A stretch of DNA of 42,259 bases from a virus. The notes under the pieces are model-generated. The model was not told the origin of the DNA. It did no database searches and worked only from the letters and a program-made list of their open reading frames with translations. Numbering within the stretch: the first letter of the stretch is position 1; every line of letters starts with the position of its first letter. Made by a program: the position numbers and the translations under genes. The stretch lies in IMG/VR virus record IMGVR_UViG_3300007048_000001. One strand, 5' to 3'. Of this stretch, positions 22,546 through 32,200 are shown one piece after another.

Positions 22546-25075
22546 CGAACTGACGAGTTACACCATCCCGAACCTGATCCAAGGGATTAGTCGCCAGGCG
22601 GATGGGCAGCGTGATCCTTCACAGGCGGAGGAACAAGTGAATGGAGTGAGCTCTCTAGCAGAAGGCCTCCGCAAGCGTGACTGCACCGTGGCGCTGGCCA
22701 GAGTGGGGGATGCCAGTGACTTCGATGAGGTCTATTTCCACCAGATTCAGCGGGACACCCTAGAACAGTTCCTAGTAGCGATCAGTAAAACTGCGATCAA
22801 GGTATTTGACTTAGCTGGGAACGAAAAGCGTGTCGCTGCCAAATCGGGTGCGTATCAGTATTTGTCTTCTGTGGTGGATACACGTCGCGATATCAGGGCT
22901 TCAACCGTCGTTGACTACACCTTCATTTCCAACACAAAGGTGACACCGGCGATGGATGACGCCACGGCCCCACTGGTCCCTAGACAGAGGCATGAAGCGC
23001 TGGTGTGGGTCAAGGCTGCTAACTATGGACAAAACTACAAGGTCAATGTTAATGGCGAACAGGTTGAGGTAGAGACACCAGTCGCCGCCGTTGTAGTTGA
23101 GGGAGACACAACTACCCTTAATCGGATAAGCACAGCAGATATCGCTGAGGAGATTAGAGACGCACTGGTTGCAGAGTTAAGTGCAGTGGCGATTGCCCGC
23201 TCGGGTAGTGTCCTGCATTTCACGTCCTTAAATCCAATCACGATCGAGGCCACAGATGCTCGGGCCAACGCCGACATCACGGCGATCACCGGCAGCGTTC
23301 AGGCTTTCACCGAGCTGCCGACGATTGCACCTCGAGGCTACCAGATCCAAGTCGTTGGGGACCCTGGTACCCAGTTCGACAACTACCACGTTGCGTTTGT
23401 CCCGCGCACGGGGGATTTTGGCGAGGGTTCATGGCAGGAGACCGTTGCACCAGGGTCTAGGTACAAGATCAACCCCGACACGATGCCTCATGTTTTGGTG
23501 AGTCTATCGGATGGGACGTTCTACTTCGGTCCACTGGATGGCAGCACCGTGACAGGTTTGAATAGAGACCTGCCTAGGTGGGGTGAGCGCACGGCAGGCG
23601 ACAGCCAGACCGTCCCGGACCCGAGCTTTATTGGCCACCCGATTCAAGACGTCTTTATCTACAAGAACCGTCTAGGGATACTGGCCGATGAAAACATCAT
23701 CCTGAGTCGTGCGCAAAACTACTTTGAGTTCTTTGCAGAGACAGTGACCGGTGGTGTGCTTGATTCTGACCCAATCGATCTGTCGGCCAGTACGGATCGT
23801 GTCTCGATCTTGCGCTATGCGATCCCGTATCAGGACGAGCTGATTATCTTTTCAGAGCAGATTCAATTTCGCTTCAATTCCGCCGAGGCCATTTTAACGC
23901 CGCTCAGCGCCACGATCACGGTGCTGACCCAATACGAGATCGACCCAAACTGCAGACCAATCTTGGTGCAAGGCACGATCATCTTCTGCCAAACCAATGG
24001 GCAGTGGAGTCAGTTCCGGGAGTTTAGTGTCCGTGGTGCAGGGACGGCGCTGGTCGCTGATGCGTCTGACCTTACCAGCTATCTCAGGGGGTATATCCCT
24101 GCTAAAGTGACTCGCTTGGCTGCCAATGATACGAGCAATTGTTGGTTCGTAATCACAGCCAAAGACGGGTTCAGAGGCAGGGTCTATACTTTTAAATACT
24201 TTTATCGCAATACAGGCAGCGGTGCAGAGCGTGTGCAGAGCAGCTGGAGTTATTGGGAGATGGGCAAGTCCGCTCAGGTCTTACAAATCTTGTGTGTTGA
24301 GGAGACTCTCTACTTGTTGATTCGACGGGGTAGGGCCACTGAAGCGAAGGTATGGCTTGAGAAGATATCAGTGGCAGACAGGCTTGGTAGCACCATCAGT
24401 GGCTCTGATTATCCTGTCCTGCTTGATCGTCGGATCTCGGTGAATGAGCCGGGCTATAATTCTGGCGATGTCCCGGAAGCTCTTCGTATTAAGGGCATTG
24501 CCTATGATCAGGCTTCAGATAGGACGACGTGGCAGTTACCTGATGACTATGTCGGCCCAGGTGAGGTGGAAGCGTGGGCAATCTACGAGGCCCCCAATGT
24601 GTACGAACCACTTGGCACAGTCAACAGAAAGACCAACACCATCGAGACCGACGGCAATTGGAAGACTGCGGCAATAGCTTTTGGTGAACCCTATGAGTTT
24701 AAGTATAGGTTCACCCGATTCAAGTATTACAAGGAGATCGGTGGGGGGAAGGCAGCTTCCAATGTCTACCGAACGCAAGTTCGCTACGCCAAGGTCAGGC
24801 ATAGTGACACTCGGTCCTTTACCGTGTGGGTAAAAACCACAAGCCGTGACTGGGTCTCTTATAAGTTTAATGGCCCCCTCTTGGCGGGGATTAACTCAAA
24901 AGCTGGCAACATCATACAAGTCGATCCCGAAGAGGAAGGGGTGTTTAGGTTCCCCGTCTACGGGCGCGGCGAGAACTCTCTTGTCGAGATCAGGGACAAG
25001 ACAATCCATCCATGCAAGTTCAGTACTTGTGAATGGGTGGGGCTAATATCTGCTCAAGTGGGGAGTATGAAATGA
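22538..25075 (+). CDS. Tail tubular protein B, T7 gp12-like (GTG 22538; the track ORF opens at 22463)
   Basis: The N-terminus LTSYTIPNLIQGISRQADGQRDPSQAEEQVNGVSSLAEGLRKR parallels T7 gp12 IKNLKGGISQQPDILRYPDQGSRQVNGWSSETEGLQKR. IKVFDLAGNEKRV parallels IRVFDLSGNEKQV. Confidence 0.9.
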   Translation: MASELTSYTIPNLIQGISRQADGQRDPSQAEEQVNGVSSLAEGLRKRDCTVALARVGDASDFDEVYFHQIQRDTLEQFLVAISKTAIKVFDLAGNEKRVAAKSGAYQYLSSVVDTRRDIRASTVVDYTFISNTKVTPAMDDATAPLVPRQRHEALVWVKAANYGQNYKVNVNGEQVEVETPVAAVVVEGDTTTLNRISTADIAEEIRDALVAELSAVAIARSGSVLHFTSLNPITIEATDARANADITAITGSVQAFTELPTIAPRGYQIQVVGDPGTQFDNYHVAFVPRTGDFGEGSWQETVAPGSRYKINPDTMPHVLVSLSDGTFYFGPLDGSTVTGLNRDLPRWGERTAGDSQTVPDPSFIGHPIQDVFIYKNRLGILADENIILSRAQNYFEFFAETVTGGVLDSDPIDLSASTDRVSILRYAIPYQDELIIFSEQIQFRFNSAEAILTPLSATITVLTQYEIDPNCRPILVQGTIIFCQTNGQWSQFREFSVRGAGTALVADASDLTSYLRGYIPAKVTRLAANDTSNCWFVITAKDGFRGRVYTFKYFYRNTGSGAERVQSSWSYWEMGKSAQVLQILCVEETLYLLIRRGRATEAKVWLEKISVADRLGSTISGSDYPVLLDRRISVNEPGYNSGDVPEALRIKGIAYDQASDRTTWQLPDDYVGPGEVEAWAIYEAPNVYEPLGTVNRKTNTIETDGNWKTAAIAFGEPYEFKYRFTRFKYYKEIGGGKAASNVYRTQVRYAKVRHSDTRSFTVWVKTTSRDWVSYKFNGPLLAGINSKAGNIIQVDPEEEGVFRFPVYGRGENSLVEIRDKTIHPCKFSTCEWVGLISAQVGSMK

Positions 25076-25539
25076 GGTTGACATACCCTACCCGTGAGCG
25101 CGCTCAGCATGTTGCGAGCAACCTAAGGCAAGAAGACCTCTTCGAAGCATGGTGTGCTTATGGCCTCAGTGGCGAGGAGGCGCTGATGGCCAGCTGGGAG
25201 AGCAGCCCGATCTGTCGTTGTCTGATGGCGGATGACGATGAACCGGTCGGGCTTTGTGGGCTTGATGGGACGACAGTTTGGTTTATAGGGACTGAGAAGG
25301 TGTACAGCACAGCGCGTCACCGTCGTCAGTTTGCCAAGATGAGCAAAGCGTGGGTGGAGAGCTTGATAGAGATTGGGGCTAGGCGTCTCGAGAATCGGGT
25401 ACTCCTCCACGAGAGCCTTGACAACAGGGAAAGGTTCCGCTGGTTGAGCTACCTAGGGTTCACCATTGATGATTGCATTAGCGACCCACGGATTGAGCCC
25501 GTTACCCATGCCTTCCGCCACTACTGGAGGGAAGCCTAA
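25072..25539 (+). CDS. Internal virion protein A-like (T7 gp13 position; acetyltransferase-like fold suspected)
   Basis: 155 aa from ATG 25072, which overlaps the tail B stop as ATGA. The pattern EPVGLCGLDG...VWFIGTEKV...RLENRVLLHESLDNRERFRWLSYLGFT resembles gp13-family proteins from memory. Confidence 0.5.
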   Translation: MRLTYPTRERAQHVASNLRQEDLFEAWCAYGLSGEEALMASWESSPICRCLMADDDEPVGLCGLDGTTVWFIGTEKVYSTARHRRQFAKMSKAWVESLIEIGARRLENRVLLHESLDNRERFRWLSYLGFTIDDCISDPRIEPVTHAFRHYWREA

Positions 25540-26333
25540 TGGCATTCCCTGTAGGGGCCGCTATTGGCGCCGCCCAAGCTGGGCTTGGCGTCTTCGGGGC
25601 GATCTCTAGCCACCAAGCACAGCAGCAAGATTATCTCAACCAAGTCGCCTTCCAAGATGCGAACGCGCGGTTTGCGCAATGGCAGGCTGGCTTCAATGCA
25701 CGCATCGCGGATGCGAACGCCCAGCAGCAGTATTGGGCTGACACGGTCAACTATAACCAGCAGCGCGCGTACGTCAACTCACTGCGGAACTTCGAGCTTC
25801 TAAAGGGTATCCGCCAAGCTGAGCTTGTCCTCCGCACCCGCAAGGAGGGAGGCGCTGCGTACGTCCGCGATAGCGAGGCGATCTCCCAGGCCTACCAAGA
25901 AGTCTCGATGCAGAATGCGGTGGCGCTGCAGCAATACCAGTGGAGGGCTCTGCAGGCGCGCGCTTCTGTCCAGGCGAGGGGGCAAGAGGGGCGTTCCGTT
26001 GATCGCATCGTCAACGACTACGCACGCCAAGCTGGGGACTATGCCGCCTTGCAGGCCATCAACCAGAAGCTACGCGATCGCCAATACACCAGAGCGCAAG
26101 CAGGACAAGTGGCGCAATACCTGAGCCGTTGGAACAGCCAGCAGTTTTATGATGAGCAGCCCTATATCGACCCGACGCCACCGTTCGCACCATTGCCCAC
26201 GTTGGTGCAACCGCCACCACCATCGTTCAGGGGTGGGCGGCCAAGTGGTGCAGCGACGGCACTCAATATCGGCACCGCGCTTTTAGGTGGTGTCCAGACT
26301 GGCCTCCAGATCAATTCTCTACTTAATGAGTGA
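25539..26333 (+). CDS. Internal virion protein B, T7 gp14-like
   Basis: 264 aa. It has a Gly/Ala-rich hydrophobic N-terminus (AFPVGAAIGAAQAGLGVFGAISS, compare T7 gp14 AAAIPIAISGAQAISG), a Gln-rich helical body and GRSVDRIVNDY (compare GSSMDRIKRV). Confidence 0.7.
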   Translation: MAFPVGAAIGAAQAGLGVFGAISSHQAQQQDYLNQVAFQDANARFAQWQAGFNARIADANAQQQYWADTVNYNQQRAYVNSLRNFELLKGIRQAELVLRTRKEGGAAYVRDSEAISQAYQEVSMQNAVALQQYQWRALQARASVQARGQEGRSVDRIVNDYARQAGDYAALQAINQKLRDRQYTRAQAGQVAQYLSRWNSQQFYDEQPYIDPTPPFAPLPTLVQPPPPSFRGGRPSGAATALNIGTALLGGVQTGLQINSLLNE

Positions 26334-26340
26334 GTAGGCG

Positions 26341-29283
26341 ATGCCACTGAACCGCTTACCACTAGGTCAAGTCACACCGGTCGCACGACCGATCGGTGCC
26401 TTCGTGCAGCCCGGTCAGCCCCAGCCTGCAGCGCCAGCTAGGCCCTCGCCATTAGGTGCACCCAGCACGATTCGCACAATCCAGACCCAAGGGTCTGGCA
26501 GTGTCGCGGGCAGCAACTCATACCAGCAGCTAGCAACCGCACTGGCCGCTTTTAGCCCGGCGCTGACCAAGGTCTTGGTCACCTACGGCAAGGCCCAGAA
26601 GGACAGAGCCTACCTGGAGGGGCAAGCGGCCTACTTGGAGGCAGGCAACCAGCTCGTCAAGGGCAAGCTCGCGCTACAGGAACAGGAGGAGATCGGGGCG
26701 GCTGATGCGGCCAAGACGATCGGTGAGCTTCAGAAACGGGACCCTATCGCAGCTGATCTACTGAGGGAGGCAAACCCTTGGAAGCTTGCTGGTTATCGCA
26801 GGGCAGTAGCAGAGCGTGCAGGACTCTCTATCTCCAGTGCACTACAAGACCATCTACTGGCGAATCAAGGGCAGATCAGTCTTTGGAAACCAGAGGACCC
26901 GAGGATCACTGCTGGCATCGCTGATGTTGTCAGTGGGCAGCTCGAGCGTTTTGGGTTAACGGGGGACGAACCGCAGTTCCTGACTTATACGCTACCTGCG
27001 ATCAACAAAGGAGAAGAGGGCTACCGGACTGCACAACGCAGGCTGCACAACGCGGAGATCGCGAACAACACGACCAAGGAGATCACAAAGACAGTAGCCA
27101 GCATCATCTCTGGCTACCTAGCTAATGGTGTCATTGATGATGAGGGTAAGCATCATTATCCCGGGACACCTGAGTTCTTCTCCATCGCCCAGCGAAGACT
27201 GACAAATTATATCGACGACAGAATGACGCTTCTGTCGCCGGCCGACAAGAGTCGCACGCTGAACTTCATGATCACGAACCTATTCGGTAGTGATCTAGTC
27301 AGGAGTAACCCAGATGCCATCAAGCTCTTAGAAGGGGTCAAGACAGGTAATGCAGCGCACCCTTATGAGACGAGGCCAACGTGGGGCCAGGCTGCCCCTG
27401 TGGATTTGCATGCAGCTCGTGTTCGGGGTGGACAGCTTGAACAGCAAGAATATGAACTGGAACAATCTGATCATCAACAGTTCTTGCTTGATGTTTGGAC
27501 TTCAGAAGACTTGCTACAGGGCGAGAGAGGGCCTGGCCTAGAGAGGCCAGGGACGCCAGAATATCAGCGCAAGCTACAAATGTTCCGGCAGTTAGGTCTC
27601 CAGCGTGGGTACAAAGATATTGATGGATTGATTGACCGCTTGGAATCCTCCCAAGTCAACGTCGCCACAGCAACTGGATACGATCCAGGCGCTATACGAC
27701 TCTTTAACTATTCGGTGGCCACAGCGCCACCCGACTTCTGGAGGGACCCTAGTAATGTCCAAGAGCTTGTCATCGAAGCGCACCAGATCGCCGCCAACAA
27801 CCCGTCCGTAGAAGGGCAAGGCCGAGATCTTGGCCAGATGCTTAGCGCCATTGAGCAGGGCAGGGCAGCTTCAAGTAGGGCGGATCCCTACATTGAAGAG
27901 TTAGCCGATGGCAGGGTGCTCGAGTTCCTCGATGTGCCAGAGGTCCGCGAGATCAAGGAGGCCCAGCGCTCAACAGGCGAGGCACAGGGTGACCCAGCTG
28001 CAGAGGCCATTGCTCGCCTCCAAGCGGGCGACAACCCGGTGACTGCTATCGCCGCGGCGTATCAAAACATCAAGTTAACCCGTGCGGCGAATGACTTCTC
28101 GAATCTTCTCAAGCGAGAAGTGTACAAGGCGCGTGACGCGTGGTTAACCAATAACCCTGGTGCACAGCTTGGTCCTGCGGAGAAAGCCCAGATCGTCGAT
28201 GACGTCTTCAACAACATCAGCCAGCACCCGGAGTATGAGCGCATCATCCAAGAACTGACTGGTGGGCAGGTCACAACCCCTGATGGGCAAGCGGGGGCTG
28301 GTCAAGCCAAGCCGGGTCAACCAAATGCTGCACGGCCAGGGGCGATGACTGATGCGGCCAAGAAGGATGCGGCTTGGTTTCGGCGGGCCTCTGCGTCTAT
28401 GTCTGATTGGCAGGTCCGTGATTACCAGAATACTCCCGTGATGAATGCGAACTGGTTGTATGAAGAGGTCGTCAATCTAGCCACAGGCAAGCCAGTCAGT
28501 ATTGAGCTGTACAACATGGCGAAGCGTGCCAATACTAGTGTTTATCGCATGTTGTATGAGCAGTTGAAGTTCTACCCGAAGATGGACCCAGAGGGGAAGA
28601 CAAGGGCAGACCTTTTGAGAGAGATCACCAAGCAGCGTAATAACAACACGGTGTCCAGTAGTCAGCTGCCGGCAGTCTTGAGGGATGGACAGGCCAACCC
28701 AACTGGCCCGGGTGGTTGGTTGATTGGCATGCTGACTCCACCTGCAGTCGCAGCGACCCTCCCTTCTACGGTGGATTCCATGCCTAACAACGGATATGCC
28801 CCTAGCGGCCAAACACCAGATACTGCCAAGGTGAGCCCTGATGATGCAGCCCAGATCGCCCCGCTTCTGGTGGCCGCTATTGGGGGACACGAGAGTGGGG
28901 GCCGGCCGGATGAGTACACCGTTTTAAACGAGAGCCTCGGGCCTGAGGTTCCCGATAGTCAGCGCGCTATTGGGAAGTTCCAAGTCATGCCCTACAACAT
29001 CGGTCCGTGGACCAAGACTTACCTTGGCTATGAGATGACGCCAGAGCAATACAGGAACAGTCCTGAGGCGCAGGAGAAGGTTGCGCTAGGCCACATTGGC
29101 ACCATGCTCTGGCATCAACTCAAGGCGGGCTACCCGCTGGGCGAAGCCGTGCGTCGTGTGGCCTCGATCTGGTACAGCGGCCACGGCGACCTGTATGACA
29201 GGACGAGCCCAGAACGTGGCGGGCCCCCGATCAGGGAGTACACGCTCGATATCTTGCGGCGCTTCCGGGCTTTGGGGGGCTAG
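26341..29283 (+). CDS. Internal core protein with C-terminal lytic transglycosylase-like domain
   Basis: 980 aa. The C-terminal stretch (about 28850-29283) reads AAIGGHESGGRPDEYTVLNES...AIGKFQVMPYNIGPWT...SIWYSG, which fits the catalytic Glu-Ser and GxxQ pattern of SLT/lysozyme-like domains. It occupies the gp15/gp16 slot. Confidence 0.7.
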   Translation: MPLNRLPLGQVTPVARPIGAFVQPGQPQPAAPARPSPLGAPSTIRTIQTQGSGSVAGSNSYQQLATALAAFSPALTKVLVTYGKAQKDRAYLEGQAAYLEAGNQLVKGKLALQEQEEIGAADAAKTIGELQKRDPIAADLLREANPWKLAGYRRAVAERAGLSISSALQDHLLANQGQISLWKPEDPRITAGIADVVSGQLERFGLTGDEPQFLTYTLPAINKGEEGYRTAQRRLHNAEIANNTTKEITKTVASIISGYLANGVIDDEGKHHYPGTPEFFSIAQRRLTNYIDDRMTLLSPADKSRTLNFMITNLFGSDLVRSNPDAIKLLEGVKTGNAAHPYETRPTWGQAAPVDLHAARVRGGQLEQQEYELEQSDHQQFLLDVWTSEDLLQGERGPGLERPGTPEYQRKLQMFRQLGLQRGYKDIDGLIDRLESSQVNVATATGYDPGAIRLFNYSVATAPPDFWRDPSNVQELVIEAHQIAANNPSVEGQGRDLGQMLSAIEQGRAASSRADPYIEELADGRVLEFLDVPEVREIKEAQRSTGEAQGDPAAEAIARLQAGDNPVTAIAAAYQNIKLTRAANDFSNLLKREVYKARDAWLTNNPGAQLGPAEKAQIVDDVFNNISQHPEYERIIQELTGGQVTTPDGQAGAGQAKPGQPNAARPGAMTDAAKKDAAWFRRASASMSDWQVRDYQNTPVMNANWLYEEVVNLATGKPVSIELYNMAKRANTSVYRMLYEQLKFYPKMDPEGKTRADLLREITKQRNNNTVSSSQLPAVLRDGQANPTGPGGWLIGMLTPPAVAATLPSTVDSMPNNGYAPSGQTPDTAKVSPDDAAQIAPLLVAAIGGHESGGRPDEYTVLNESLGPEVPDSQRAIGKFQVMPYNIGPWTKTYLGYEMTPEQYRNSPEAQEKVALGHIGTMLWHQLKAGYPLGEAVRRVASIWYSGHGDLYDRTSPERGGPPIREYTLDILRRFRALGG

Positions 29284-29286
29284 TTC

Positions 29287-32200
29287 ATGCCGACGCGCTT
29301 CCTTATTACCCCCCTAGCGCCCTACGACGCGGCTGATCCTACCTTCACGCAGCCGGTCTTACCGACGCCAGCGCCGACTGCACCCCCCACACCGCAGGGC
29401 CCGGCTGAACCTGAACGACAACCAAGACAACAGCAACCACCATCCCCGGCGGCAGACGTACCAGAGACCCCACGCCCTGCCCCTGAAGCTCCTGCCCTCA
29501 AACAGGACGCCACACCAACCACACCAACGAGGACTAGACGTCAGAGGTTGGTTGAGGAAGAGGCCGGGATTGCTAAGCCATTCCATCAGCTCAAGCACGT
29601 CCTCGACTCACCCGACATTCTGCCCTTTGCACTGGCGAGCCCGTTCAATGCGATCAGCAAGTTCACTAATGCGCTGGGTGACGTCATTCAAGGCAAACCT
29701 GTTGACACGTCAGATGCCTGGATCATTCCTGATGAAACGATTCGGAGGCTTTCCCCTGCGCGCCATCTTCACGATGAATGGGAAGTCACCCCTGCGGATG
29801 AGGCGGCAGCCGACCTAGGCAATGTGATCGGGGCTGAGGCCACAGGCTTCCTCACCGGTGCAGGCATCCTTCATTGGGTACGCCGGTTGAGCATGGCCAA
29901 GCATGTGGCCAATGCCGTCCGTGGGACCAAGGCTGCACGCCGCCTTGCTCGAGCACATAGGACCAACACGGGGGTGCGTCAACTGCTAGGGGCAGGGCGC
30001 GCCACTGGCCAGGTCACAGGGGGCACAGCGCTCGCGACCCTGTTCATGGACTACGAGCGGGAGAGCGGAAACCTATCGAACTTCCTTGAGCTAGGCCCCC
30101 GGTTTGTCGGGGAGAAGTTTCTTGGTGGCTCTTTCTCTGACTTCCGTCTCCCGCTGCGAATTGATGAGACCGATAACTACCTAGAGAAGTTTGGCAAAAG
30201 CTTCATCGCTGAGGGGATTGCTGCACCGCTTGCAGCGATGGGTCTAGGGGCTCTGGTTCCACCTCTACGTCGCGCCATGTTTGATGGCGGCGTGACGTGG
30301 CTTGATGATCTCGCCGCCATTGAACCCGAGCCTTACCGCTACCGGGGAACTGATTCCGACGATCCGTGGATTGATAGGGGTGTCTTCAATTTTGGTGAGG
30401 GGCCCCCACCGCAGTGGTGGTCGCGAACGGTGGCAGGCGCCATCGGTGATGTGGCCTCACCTTTCGTGGGTCGAGGGGCTGGCATCCCCCCCCCAGACAC
30501 AGCCCTCGGGGGTGTGCCGGCCCCGGCCAGGGCAGCAGCTAGGGAAGGGATAGGGGGTGGACTTGGTCGAGGCTTCTCGCCTTCCCCCTCATCAAACCTC
30601 ATGAGGAGGGACCCTCGGGCGTGGGATCCCACTGGTGGCCAAGGGCCCCCTCCTGTCTGGACAGCAATTGGGGACCCCACTGAGGGGCTGCCATTAAGAC
30701 CAGAGCTACAGCTGCCAGACCCATGGACGACCCCGCCGATCAGCCAGACGGTGGTGGTGGCACCAAGGCGCCAGCTGCAAGCAGGGGGCCCGCGTCTATT
30801 GCCACCCCCACAACGCCAGATACAGGGGTCCTCCCTCGCTGGGGCGCTACCACCAGTGCCGCCAGATCCATGGGAGACCCCACGGCTATCTGGTGCAGAC
30901 CAGCCGGCACAGCTATCCCCCTGGCCGGGGGGCATGCCACAGCTGCCGAGCTGGGAAGCGAAGGCGGACCCCAGCAGGGCGATGCAATATGGCAGTGCGA
31001 TTGAGCGTGCCCTCTCTGAGAATCTGCAGTTCCGGCAGATCGGCAGTCAACGTCGGCGCCTGGAAGACATGGGCATTGTTGACGTCACGTACAACCAAGC
31101 GGGCCAACGTGAGATTCAGTGGGCTATTGAGCCAACGATCAGCGCCGAGTTCCAGCAGCTCTCAATGGAACGTGGGCGCTTATTGGCGCAACTGCCTAGT
31201 GCTGAGATTGAGCGCCTCTCGAGACAACGAGAAGACCTGCTCGCTCAGATCCCAGGTACAGACAAAGCCAACGCTAGGCAAATCCAAGAAGAGATCAACC
31301 AGATTGATCTACGGCTTGAAGAACTCTCCATTGAGACCGACTCCAATCTCGTGCTGCAACAACTTGATTCGATCGATCAAAGGCTAAGGAATCTGCCTGA
31401 AATCAGCGAACGGTTCGTTGAGCGCCCACCCACCGAGCGGCCGCGTTACGAGCCAGGTGGGGATCTCTACCAGCCTGGTGGACCGCTCACCACAATCGAT
31501 CCTAGGCCAGAGATCGACACATACCTGGCAGCGCTTGATGAGCTGAGCGATGCCCAGTTGCGGGAGGTCTATTCCCGCGTCTCTCGTGAGCTATGGGAAG
31601 AAGCCAAGGTCAATGAACTTCAGGCGGCCCAAGACAGGGTCAATGACCTCACCCAACGCCTTGCTGATCTTGAGGCCCGGCAGCAAGCAGGTGAGCTCAC
31701 CCCCAGCGGGGCCAAGGGGCAACTGACACGTGTGCAGAACGAACTGGCAGATGCCAAGCAGCAGCTGAATCTGGCGCAGATGAGCATGGCTCAGCCAGAG
31801 GGCAGGGTCGGCGACCAGCTTGATCTCATGGTCTGGCAGCAGTCCGACCTAAGTCTTGAGCCAACCGTGGCGGTTGTCTTCCAGCCACCAACGCCTAGGG
31901 AGTTCTTGAGCTGGAACACGCCAGAGGGTTACCGCGGTGCGCTCGAACGGATGGACCGCGATGCAGTGCGGCGATTGGCCATGCCAGAGGTTAACCCTGA
32001 GGTGGCGGCAATGGTGAGGGCACGCACCGGCAAGAGGGCGTGGGCGTCCAAGAAAGCGGACATCATCGATGTTCTAGTCGAGTACAGCGAGCGCCGTAAT
32101 ATGTACTACCCCATTGTTAGGGACCGTGTTAATAGACGGCTAAGCGACAAAGAACAGGTCATCCTTAGAAGTCTCGGGGATGAGCTGCAGCTTCGTAACA